DNA from: a virus
Virus record (IMG/VR): IMGVR_UViG_3300045988_126281
Strand: one strand, 5' to 3'
DNA length: 64,000 nucleotides
Position numbers and translations under genes: made by a program. This document shows positions 39,647 through 48,043 of this stretch, piece after piece. Within the stretch, counting starts at the first letter, position 1. Each line of letters begins with the position of its first letter. Under the pieces are notes generated by a model that saw only the letters and a list, made by a program, of their open reading frames with translations, had not been told where the DNA came from and made no database searches.

Positions 39647-39659
39647 TAATCCGTATTGT
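39644..39659 (-). repeat. Post-stop 16-mer AACAATACGGATTAAG (minus-sense), copy 1
   Basis: Identical 16-mer 3 nt after the stop of 39664-40632. Followed by a hairpin, a T-run and the next ATG. Confidence 0.5.
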
Positions 39660-39663
39660 TTAT

Positions 39664-40632
39664 TTATTTAGCAGTCCAAGAATCTGTAGAATCAACTATA
39701 ACGTTTTGTGGTGTTGTACTACCAGATTCAAATGTAAGCATAGCAGGAGTAATATTAATTGCAGGTTCAATACCAGCTTGAATAAATATAAGAACAATAT
39801 AGGTACGATTATCTCCAATACCATATTCCATACTAACTTCGATAGCACTAATACTATCAGTAGTATTATTTGCAGGATAAGTTACAATTCCTGTATCAGA
39901 ATCTAATGACCAACCTGTATAAGATTTAACAATAGATAATGATGCATTATCGGTTGCATTAGCAGTAGAACCTGATGAATAAGTAATTTTAACATTTACT
40001 AATTTATCAATGTTATAAGAAGTACTATCAGCTGTAACATTAATACGTTTAGCTAATCCACTATATCCAGCATGCCAACTAATAAATTCTTTTTTAGTTA
40101 TAATATTTTTATCTTGTTTCCAAGGAATATTTTGTCGAGTTGTAGATTTTCCATTATAAGTAATAGAAAGATTAATGCTGAATTTAGTAGTTTCTTCTGA
40201 AACGTTAGTTCCTTTACTTCCAACAGTTGCTTCACATTTTTTCTTATCTAATGTTACATCAGATGGTAGTGCATTAGTATTTTCCATATGTTTATTAAAT
40301 CCATCAGCAACAGTATCTTGAGTAAACTCTAATCTTCCAACTTCATCACCATCAGAAGTTTCGCGATATATTTGATAACCTTTAAATTGAAGTTTCTTAG
40401 TTCCACCACCAGCAGAAAAATTAGGAGTAGTAACTTCGGTAATTACAGGATTATCATAAATATATTCGCCAGTTCCTTTAAACAAACAAGTTAGTTTAGC
40501 AGTAGTTCCTTTAGCGTTAGTAAAAACAACTTCTTTAGTTGCATCATTTTTTCCTATATAAGCTTCAGGAGTAACTTGAACAACAGTTTCCCCAGAAGAA
40601 CCGCTTGTTTTATCTAATATTACATTAGGCAT
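39664..40632 (-). CDS. Fibre-like protein (322 aa) with N-terminal BACON-like second-half module and C-terminal first-half module
   Basis: N-terminus MPNVILDKTSGSSGETVVQVTPEAYIGKNDATKEVVFTNAKGTTAKLTCLFKGTG. C-terminus INITPAMLTFESGSTTPQNVIVDSTDSWTAK. Both modules are shared with neighbouring genes. Confidence 0.5.
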   Translation of the reverse strand: MPNVILDKTSGSSGETVVQVTPEAYIGKNDATKEVVFTNAKGTTAKLTCLFKGTGEYIYDNPVITEVTTPNFSAGGGTKKLQFKGYQIYRETSDGDEVGRLEFTQDTVADGFNKHMENTNALPSDVTLDKKKCEATVGSKGTNVSEETTKFSINLSITYNGKSTTRQNIPWKQDKNIITKKEFISWHAGYSGLAKRINVTADSTSYNIDKLVNVKITYSSGSTANATDNASLSIVKSYTGWSLDSDTGIVTYPANNTTDSISAIEVSMEYGIGDNRTYIVLIFIQAGIEPAINITPAMLTFESGSTTPQNVIVDSTDSWTAK

Positions 40633-40652
40633 TATTTTTTTTAATAATTAAT

Positions 40653-42200
40653 TTATTCAGGCTTAGTACTAACTATTTCAATATAAATATCAGGAGTAGC
40701 TTGGTCTTTACTATAAAGTTTAATATTTTCTTCAGCACAAATAATTTCTGGATAATGAGCAATAAATTTAAGAATCTTATCTTCAGATGGCATATAATCA
40801 GGGTCTAATGTGCCTCCATCAACTGTTGCATAAACATTAGAATTAACTGCGCCACCAGTATTTCCTTCCCAATTAGCAGTTAAAAATCCAGCACTATGAT
40901 AATAAAGCGTTGTAGGAAGAAGTTGTCCACTACCAATAGATTGGTTTAAATCACTAATCCTATCATTCATTCCAAGAATAAGAAGGCCTAAACCAACAAA
41001 ATATTGTTGATACTGATAGCCAGTATCAAATGGGTCTAATGAAAGATTTATAGCTCCAGGAATTTTAACATATTGCTCTTTATTCATTGTAGGAGCAATA
41101 GCGCCAACACATTCAAGTTTCTTAATAGAATGAGTAAGTATAGGATGCTCTCTATTTATATCTGAATCTTCAAATCCAGCAATAAAATAATGCAAATAAA
41201 TATCAAGATTTGACAAATTAACATCAGTATTATTTTTAATATAAAGATTGGCCATTTCAGTAGGATTCTGAATTATTTGCCAACTATCAAATGAATCGAC
41301 TTCAATGGTTTTAGCTTCAACAGAACTATTTTTAAATACAAGTTCAGTAGGTCTAACTGTCATATAAGACTCCTTACCTGCAATAGCAAAAGTAATAATC
41401 AATTGACTAATACTATCTGCAAGTTTAACTTGCATACCTTCTCTTGTATCAGTTGATAGATTTTCTTGCCAAGAAACTGTATTTTGAGAAAGATTAATAA
41501 ATGAACCTGGTTTATGGACTGTCGTAGTACCATCAACTGTTATTTCATTAGAAGCGCCAGAAGTATAAATTTGTGCATATTGAATACCTGTATTAATTTC
41601 ATAACTACCAGCTTTAGGGCCAACTGTTTTATTAATAGCAGTACTCTTATCTCCAGTTTCAATAAATTTAATAAGAGTTTTAGATTTTATTTCATTAGCT
41701 TCTTGATAAACTTGAACAGAATCAGAAGTTACAGAAGCCTCATTAAGATTTATTGAAGCATAAACAGTAGCTTTTACTTTACGAGAAGCAAGAGTTGTTC
41801 CAAGATTATCTCCAGAAACACTGCCCGTAGAAGGGTCTGTTGCCCCATTAAAATTAACATTTCCTAAAGATCTAATAGAAGTATAATCGAAAGTTAAACG
41901 ACCTGCTTCAGCACCTCCAACAGTTTCTCTATAAATTTGATAACCTTCTATAGTAGGTAAAACATTTCCACCAGCTGCTGAAATATCATTAGGATATTCA
42001 AATCTAGTTATAATTGGTGTATCATAAACAAATCTACCAGAACCTTTAAATATACATTGAAGCACGGCAGTTTTTCCTTTAGTAGTAGTAAAAGTTACAG
42101 TTTCTTGAACATCATTTTTACCATTATAACCATTTGGAGTTATATTAACATTAGTAACTCCAGATGTTCCACTTGTTTTATTTAAAACAGCATTTTCCAT
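40653..42200 (-). CDS. Fibre-like protein (515 aa) with N-terminal BACON-like module
   Basis: N-terminus MENAVLNKTSGTSGVTNVNITPNGYNGKNDVQETVTFTTTKGKTAVLQCIFKGSG. An internal first-half-like segment is TVRPTELVFKNSSVEAKTIEVDSFDSWQII. Confidence 0.5.
   Translation of the reverse strand: MENAVLNKTSGTSGVTNVNITPNGYNGKNDVQETVTFTTTKGKTAVLQCIFKGSGRFVYDTPIITRFEYPNDISAAGGNVLPTIEGYQIYRETVGGAEAGRLTFDYTSIRSLGNVNFNGATDPSTGSVSGDNLGTTLASRKVKATVYASINLNEASVTSDSVQVYQEANEIKSKTLIKFIETGDKSTAINKTVGPKAGSYEINTGIQYAQIYTSGASNEITVDGTTTVHKPGSFINLSQNTVSWQENLSTDTREGMQVKLADSISQLIITFAIAGKESYMTVRPTELVFKNSSVEAKTIEVDSFDSWQIIQNPTEMANLYIKNNTDVNLSNLDIYLHYFIAGFEDSDINREHPILTHSIKKLECVGAIAPTMNKEQYVKIPGAINLSLDPFDTGYQYQQYFVGLGLLILGMNDRISDLNQSIGSGQLLPTTLYYHSAGFLTANWEGNTGGAVNSNVYATVDGGTLDPDYMPSEDKILKFIAHYPEIICAEENIKLYSKDQATPDIYIEIVSTKPE
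41821..41833 (+). repeat. 17-nt motif partial variant (CTGCCCGTAGAAGGG) in the 515-aa fibre gene
   Basis: The first 11 nt match and the 3' part diverges. Encodes DPSTGS. Confidence 0.4.
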
Positions 42201-42203
42201 ATA

Positions 42204-43733
42204 TTAACTATTAAGAAAGCCTTCATTTGTAGTTTCAACATTAATGTCATTTCCATTATATCTAGTAGGAGCCATATTAGAAAGATAAGAACTTTGAAGA
42301 GTAAGATTACCTTCTTTTATATTTTCAATTGGGATAGCTTGTGAATAAGGAAGAACATCAATAGTTGTAGTTTCACCAGTAAAGTTTACATTAGCTTCTT
42401 TATCAATTTGTTTATAACCTTGAGTTCCAGTAGGAGTATAACTTACGCTAAGTTTTTCAATTCCGGTAATTGCTCTTTCTGGAAGATTTGAAGCAGAATA
42501 AAGTTCTCCATATTGGTCTTTAAGGAAATATTCAACATATACGTATTTACCAATTACAGTTTCAGGGTCGTCACCATATCCTTTAAGTTTATCGACACAT
42601 TTAACATTTCTATAAAGGGTTAGCATTGTAGTTTGACGTTCTTGAGTAACTTCAAATTCCCAAAAATCTGTACAAACAATTTTACCAGTTCTGTTATCAG
42701 TAGAATTATTTCTAGCAACAGAATAACTAATTTCATAATCTGTATTAATAGAAGATACTGTAGTAGGAGTAAGCCAAAAACTATCAGAACTAAATACAGT
42801 GACAGTATTAGTATAACATTTAAACGAATTAATAGTAGCTTCCCAACTAACTCTATTTCTTTCTGGAATAATAAACGACCAAGGTTCTGCAAGAGTGGAA
42901 GTAAAAATTACATCACCACTTATTATATCAATAGTTTGTTTAACAGTCGATGATAAGTTAGAACCCCAATCAGCTTGATATTGAGGAGAAGAAGTGTGTC
43001 CAGCTTGTATTGTAACATCTTCAGGTTCTCCATATTTATAAAAAGCAGGAACTGAATTTCCAGTATAAGTTATATTAATAGAAGATGTTTCATTTTTAGT
43101 TACTGTAAATTCAATATATTTAGTTCCACTAATATCAGTTTTAAGAATACCAGATGCTTGATATTTTAAAAGACCATCTTTATCAGAAAGTCCAAGAATA
43201 TATTCTTTTGGTTTAGCAACAGTACCTTCTGTAATATAAACTTGATATATAGCATCAGCTACATAATCCATATTAGAGCTTAAATAATTTCCTTTACCCT
43301 CTATTTCAAGAGCATTTATTTCTTTATAGTCATAAAATCTAAAAGTATTTAAAGTTAAATCAATATCTGTAAATATATTAGAATTAAAACAAGCAGCAGT
43401 CGCTCCAGTTTCAGTAGTACTATGTTGTGGAACATAAGTTTTAGAATTAGATGCTTGAACCGAAAAAGATATATCTTTATCGGTTGTATTAGGAATTGTA
43501 AACCAATAAACGTAACCTGTTCTATCTGTCCTTTTATAATGAGGAGTAACAATATATGTTTGTTTTACTTTAGGAGTACAAGTAACCAAGCATCGAGCAA
43601 TTTTTCCTTTTGTATTTCTAAATACTAAAGTTTGCTGTTTTTCGCTTGTATATGCATCAGGAACAATAGTAATTGTTGTTGGAATTGTATTTCCTGATAC
43701 AGGATTAACATTTAAAAACCCTATTTTACTCAT
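42204..43733 (-). CDS. Fibre-like protein (509 aa) with N-terminal BACON-like module
   Basis: N-terminus MSKIGFLNVNPVSGNTIPTTITIVPDAYTSEKQQTLVFRNTKGKIARCLVTC follows the same pattern as the two genes downstream. Confidence 0.5.
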   Translation of the reverse strand: MSKIGFLNVNPVSGNTIPTTITIVPDAYTSEKQQTLVFRNTKGKIARCLVTCTPKVKQTYIVTPHYKRTDRTGYVYWFTIPNTTDKDISFSVQASNSKTYVPQHSTTETGATAACFNSNIFTDIDLTLNTFRFYDYKEINALEIEGKGNYLSSNMDYVADAIYQVYITEGTVAKPKEYILGLSDKDGLLKYQASGILKTDISGTKYIEFTVTKNETSSINITYTGNSVPAFYKYGEPEDVTIQAGHTSSPQYQADWGSNLSSTVKQTIDIISGDVIFTSTLAEPWSFIIPERNRVSWEATINSFKCYTNTVTVFSSDSFWLTPTTVSSINTDYEISYSVARNNSTDNRTGKIVCTDFWEFEVTQERQTTMLTLYRNVKCVDKLKGYGDDPETVIGKYVYVEYFLKDQYGELYSASNLPERAITGIEKLSVSYTPTGTQGYKQIDKEANVNFTGETTTIDVLPYSQAIPIENIKEGNLTLQSSYLSNMAPTRYNGNDINVETTNEGFLNS

Positions 43734-43742
43734 ATCTTAATT

Positions 43743-45092
43743 TTATTTAGCAGTCCAAGAATCACTACTATCAATAATTACATTTTGAGGAGTAGTAGAT
43801 GTTGAATCAAAAATAAGAATAGTTGGAGTTATATTAATATAATTACTTTCAAGAGATATTTCAACAGTAGTTTCCTTAACTCCTCCATAAGTAATTGTAT
43901 ATTCTTGGCTTACTGTGTCGTATCCATCTTTACTTACTTCAATAGTTCCTTTTATAGTATTATTAGAAGTATTTAAGAAATCAAAAGATTTACTTGATTG
44001 AATAACTCCATCAATTTTAATAATGGCATCTGAAGGATTTGCTCTGACTATAAGTTTATAAGTATCTACAATAAGTTGAATATTTTCAACTGTTTCTTTT
44101 GTTATAGTTCTAGCAAAAGTTTGAGTAATATATCCTCTTTTGGAAACTTTAACGTTAATAGAAGTTCCAGCAGCAACAGTTATTTGTTTTTGCTTAATTC
44201 CATTTATTTCAACTGTTGCATCGCTAGGTGTAGGATTAACTCTATAAGTAAATTTATCAGGAACAATTTCTTCAAGAACTACATCAATTGTTCTATCTTC
44301 GTCAAGAACTAAATTATCTGATTTTGTTATATATCCGTCTTTAAGAACACTCCAATTAATAGTTGTTCCTTTAGGATAATTTTTACTTACAGAACCAATA
44401 GAAGAAACATTATTAATAATAACAGTAGAATCAGATGGAGTAGGATTAATTGTAAGTGTGTTATAAACAACTACAATTCCTTCAAGAACAATATCAATAT
44501 GTCTATCGGAAGTTATAGTAATATTGTTTGTATAAGGTTTATATCCAGAAGCCTTAGCTTCAACTTTAACGACAGTTCCTCTAGTAACTGTAAGTTGTTT
44601 TGTTACAGTTCCATTAAGTTTAACAACTGCATCAGAAGGAGTAACTGTATCAACATATAAAGTAAATGTTTCAACAGCTTCTCTTTCAAGAGTAACTCTT
44701 AAAGTTTCATCATGAGTTAAAGTTTTAGAAGCAGTATAAGTTTCATATCCATCTTTTGAAACTTCAATATTAACAACTGTACCAGCTCTATCAGTTATTT
44801 CTTTTTGAGCAACTCCATTAATTAAAACAGTTGCATCACTAGGAATTGTAATTACTCTAAGAGTATAATATTGGCTTGGTGTAGGACTACCTCCACCATA
44901 GCAAATTGGTTGCCAATATTCTCTATCATAAATATCAGTTCCTGCAGGAACTGGTTTTCTTGAAATAAAAGAGCGTAAAGTAGAATCATCTTCTACATAA
45001 ACGCAACAAAGTTCTTCATAACTAATTGTAGGGTCAAATTCCCCATTCATAGTTAGACAAACTTTACCTAAATCTTGTTTATAAAGTTCCAT
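43743..45092 (-). CDS. Fibre/decoration protein (449 aa) with five PEGA-like beta-sandwich repeats and C-terminal BACON-like first-half module
   Basis: Five ~60-aa repeats of the pattern PSDATV.INGV...G..V.I.VSKDGY.T.T..L....T..V.L. C-terminus INITPTILIFDSTSTTPQNVIIDSSDSWTAK is nearly identical to the C-terminus of 39664-40632. Confidence 0.5.
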   Translation of the reverse strand: MELYKQDLGKVCLTMNGEFDPTISYEELCCVYVEDDSTLRSFISRKPVPAGTDIYDREYWQPICYGGGSPTPSQYYTLRVITIPSDATVLINGVAQKEITDRAGTVVNIEVSKDGYETYTASKTLTHDETLRVTLEREAVETFTLYVDTVTPSDAVVKLNGTVTKQLTVTRGTVVKVEAKASGYKPYTNNITITSDRHIDIVLEGIVVVYNTLTINPTPSDSTVIINNVSSIGSVSKNYPKGTTINWSVLKDGYITKSDNLVLDEDRTIDVVLEEIVPDKFTYRVNPTPSDATVEINGIKQKQITVAAGTSINVKVSKRGYITQTFARTITKETVENIQLIVDTYKLIVRANPSDAIIKIDGVIQSSKSFDFLNTSNNTIKGTIEVSKDGYDTVSQEYTITYGGVKETTVEISLESNYINITPTILIFDSTSTTPQNVIIDSSDSWTAK

Positions 45093-45093
45093 A

Positions 45094-45600
45094 TTAATTA
45101 TTATTGTTTTGAGTAATCAAATGAGCTTTATCGATTTCGCATTTACTTTTTTTAGAATTTTTATCTAAAAAATATTGATAAAGTTTACCACTTTCAGTAA
45201 CTCTAAATCGAGTATTAGTAACACAACTAACATCTCCATAAACATGTCCGTTTTCATCAATACGATAAAGTTTTCCTCCTAAATAAATATTATTTTCAGT
45301 ACCAGCATAAATAAGTTCAAGTTGAGCTTCAATATATTTTATTAAAGTTTCAGCTTCCTTATCTTTGCTAAGTTCTTTAGCTGCGATAGCTGCTTGGAAC
45401 ATATTCCAACATTGAATAATACTTTTATTAGTTCCTTTACAAGTAGAATTACAATCTCTCAAAGCATCAAGACCAAAATCAGCTAATAATGTAAGAAGTT
45501 TATGATAAATACAAACATATTCAGAAGGTATTTTAAGATACAAATATTGAGACTTTTCAAATTGTATCTCTTCTTTATTGGCATCTTTAATTTCAGGCAT
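45094..45600 (-). CDS. Hypothetical protein (168 aa)
   Basis: ORF abutting the downstream gene by 1 nt. Confidence 0.35.
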   Translation of the reverse strand: MPEIKDANKEEIQFEKSQYLYLKIPSEYVCIYHKLLTLLADFGLDALRDCNSTCKGTNKSIIQCWNMFQAAIAAKELSKDKEAETLIKYIEAQLELIYAGTENNIYLGGKLYRIDENGHVYGDVSCVTNTRFRVTESGKLYQYFLDKNSKKSKCEIDKAHLITQNNNN

Positions 45601-45823
45601 AACTTAATGCACTAATAAGGTGTTCAAGATTAGCACAACGCGATTTATTAAAAATATTATAATTTTCAACAGCATGTAAAGCAATATTACTAAGCATATT
45701 ATTAATATAATTACAATCAGAATTTATAAAACCTTTTTCTTGTTTTTTTCCAGAAATAATATTACCATTAATTACTATATCAGCGTAATTATTAATAAGA
45801 AGCGATTTAACATTATTTTCCAT
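45593..45823 (-). CDS. Small hypothetical protein (76 aa)
   Basis: Short ORF with 8- and 11-nt overlaps to the flanking genes, suggesting translational coupling. Confidence 0.3.
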   Translation of the reverse strand: MENNVKSLLINNYADIVINGNIISGKKQEKGFINSDCNYINNMLSNIALHAVENYNIFNKSRCANLEHLISALSYA

Positions 45824-46400
45824 CTTTAAGATACTTACTAGTCACTTCATTAATAAAATCAGTAGTACGAATTGTTATTTTATTATGTATATTATATATT
45901 CTTTGTTCTTTAGTAGCAGATTCATCAAATATAATATTAGTAATATCTTCAATTATATTGTTTTTCCAATCAGAATTAATATAATCAACAACATGTTTAT
46001 TATTATTAGAATAAAGTATTAATTCATTATAAAGAGAAGCAAATTCTCCATAGACAGTATGCTTTATATTATCAATTATATTACTTCTATTGCGATTAAC
46101 ATTATTTGATATAATAGTAAAAGTACTAAATTTAACTATTGAATATGCCATGCCTTTAAAGGCAGTTCTAATAGATGAAACACAACGGTCATCTTCTTTT
46201 TCTATAATGCCCTTAGTAATATAAGTTAAAAAAGAATTAAGTTTATTAGCCGCATCAAGAAGTTCAGCATTAACTTTTATTGTCTTTCTGTTTGATTCTC
46301 GTTCTTTTTTATTATCGAGAATTTTAGTAATAACTAAATAACTAAATATAACTAAAGTTGGAAGCCAACCGTATTCAAAACCTTTAAAAAGCCATTCCAT
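45813..46400 (-). CDS. Membrane-anchored hypothetical protein (195 aa)
   Basis: N-terminal TM helix (WLPTLVIFSYLVITKIL). Preceded by the post-stop 16-mer plus a terminator-like hairpin. Confidence 0.35.
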   Translation of the reverse strand: MEWLFKGFEYGWLPTLVIFSYLVITKILDNKKERESNRKTIKVNAELLDAANKLNSFLTYITKGIIEKEDDRCVSSIRTAFKGMAYSIVKFSTFTIISNNVNRNRSNIIDNIKHTVYGEFASLYNELILYSNNNKHVVDYINSDWKNNIIEDITNIIFDESATKEQRIYNIHNKITIRTTDFINEVTSKYLKDGK

Positions 46401-46404
46401 ATAA

Positions 46405-46461
46405 CAATAAAAAAGACTGATAATGCCATTAATAGTATAACTATTTTTGACAGTATCAGTC
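46405..46461 (-). terminator. Terminator-like hairpin after 46481-47356
   Basis: gactgata/tatcagtc 8-bp stem with long loop, then TTTTTT (minus-sense). Preceded by the same 16-mer. Confidence 0.4.
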
Positions 46462-46466
46462 CTTTA

Positions 46467-46482
46467 CTTAATCCGTATTGTT
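46467..46482 (-). repeat. Post-stop 16-mer AACAATACGGATTAAG (minus-sense), copy 2
   Basis: Identical 16-mer overlapping the stop of 46481-47356. Followed by a hairpin, a T-run and the next ATG. Confidence 0.5.
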
Positions 46483-47356
46483 AGTCAACGAGAGCTTTAC
46501 AAACAGTCTCAAACGTTTCAATAGAAGCAGAACCAGTCGGAAAAGCAACCTGAATAATTTGATTAACAACATCATCAACAGTTTTTACTTCACGAGGTTC
46601 GCTAAATTTAAGAGTAAAGATTGTATAACCAACATCAGTAGCTTTAGGCTGAGCAAGAGGGTCAAGAGGATAATTAGGATACATATAATGAACGTCGTCC
46701 ATAAGTGTATACTCAAATCCAGCATCTGCGGCAGCTTTATTAGCAAGGTCGGTTACATAATCAGTATCCCCATAAGCCTTTTTGAAAGCAGTTGTATTTG
46801 CAATATCTGCATCAATAAGATAATCAGCAGGAACTACTGTAAAATCACAATCTTTTGTGTTAGCTGTGAAAGTAAGAACTTCATCAGAATAAGCAACAGT
46901 AACATCTGTTCCGATTACATTATCTTTAAAATACTTAAGGAGAGCGGCTCCAATAGTATCTTTAGTATCAGAAGATTTAGAATGAACAGTGGCAGACCAT
47001 TTATTCCTTTCATTAAATTTAACACCTTTCTTAACAAGAATAATAGTGTAATCCTGATTAGGAATAATATCTTCTGGAAGAGTTACAGTGTAAACAGGCT
47101 TTGCGGCAGCTTGATAAACACCTTTTACATAAGAGAAATGATGCTTATAAATAGGAAGAACAACATTTCCTGCAGCACCTTGACGAAGAAGAACAAGAAC
47201 TCCTTTCTTGTTAATCTCATTGCCAGTAGCAGTAAAAGCAGTCTTACCATTAGCATCGAGATATGCAAATCCTACTTTACCAGCATCAGAAGCAATAGCG
47301 GCATCAACTGTTTTTGTAGGATACGCAGCATTTGCACCAAGAATAAATTGTCTCAT
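46481..47356 (-). CDS. Abundant virion protein candidate (291 aa; capsid decoration/auxiliary?)
   Basis: Markedly higher GC and an Ala/Gly/Thr/Val/Asp-rich composition compared with its neighbours, typical of a highly expressed structural protein. Lies in the head module. Confidence 0.4.
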   Translation of the reverse strand: MRQFILGANAAYPTKTVDAAIASDAGKVGFAYLDANGKTAFTATGNEINKKGVLVLLRQGAAGNVVLPIYKHHFSYVKGVYQAAAKPVYTVTLPEDIIPNQDYTIILVKKGVKFNERNKWSATVHSKSSDTKDTIGAALLKYFKDNVIGTDVTVAYSDEVLTFTANTKDCDFTVVPADYLIDADIANTTAFKKAYGDTDYVTDLANKAAADAGFEYTLMDDVHYMYPNYPLDPLAQPKATDVGYTIFTLKFSEPREVKTVDDVVNQIIQVAFPTGSASIETFETVCKALVD

Positions 47357-47373
47357 ATTCTATTATTTATTTG

Positions 47374-48042
47374 TTAACTTTGTATACTTTGAGAAGTAGA
47401 ACCAACAGAAGAAAAATACTTTTGAACAGCAGTTTCAACTATTTCATGATGAAGATAATCAGGAAGATTACAATTGACACATAAATTTTCATTATCGTCT
47501 AAATGAACAATAGCAGGATTTTCTATGTATCTAATTAAGAGAACTTGTGGAAATTTATCGGTTGTTCCATTTTGTATCTCAATAATCATTCCGTCATCAT
47601 CAAACATTGTAACAATCGGATAAGCAACAGATGCACGATTGCAATAATCAGCATTAGTATCTTCAACTTTATCTGGTTCAACAAATCTACACTTAATATA
47701 TCGTCCATCACCATAAGAAAGTGCAAAGGAACAGAAATACATTACATTTGTCAAATTTGCTATACTAAGATGAATAGGAAGTTTATCTTCAAATGACAAA
47801 TCAATTTCATTTCTTTTATATAAAGTTCTTATAGCATTTATTGGACTAATAGTATCATTCTGAATCGTAACTTTATCTTGAAATTGCATTGTGCTATTAC
47901 TCAAAACAATTTTACGAACAGTATCAACAATAGCATCATTAAGATAAGTATCAATAGACTCAGGAAGAATAGCTCTGACCAATTGCAAACCCATTGCTTG
48001 ACCTAAAGTCCTAAACAATACGTGCATCTCTTGTATCGTCAT
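47374..48042 (-). CDS. Hypothetical head-module protein (222 aa)
   Basis: ORF placed between the decoration candidate and the 383-aa gene. Confidence 0.35.
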   Translation of the reverse strand: MTIQEMHVLFRTLGQAMGLQLVRAILPESIDTYLNDAIVDTVRKIVLSNSTMQFQDKVTIQNDTISPINAIRTLYKRNEIDLSFEDKLPIHLSIANLTNVMYFCSFALSYGDGRYIKCRFVEPDKVEDTNADYCNRASVAYPIVTMFDDDGMIIEIQNGTTDKFPQVLLIRYIENPAIVHLDDNENLCVNCNLPDYLHHEIVETAVQKYFSSVGSTSQSIQS

Positions 48043-48043
48043 A

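Noticed and set aside
43733-43745. Translational read-through or frameshift joining 43743-45092 to 42204-43733, which would make the BACON-like halves contiguous
   Set aside because: The junction reads TAA-AAT-TAA before the next ATG. That gives two in-frame stops and a frame change, so simple read-through is not supported.
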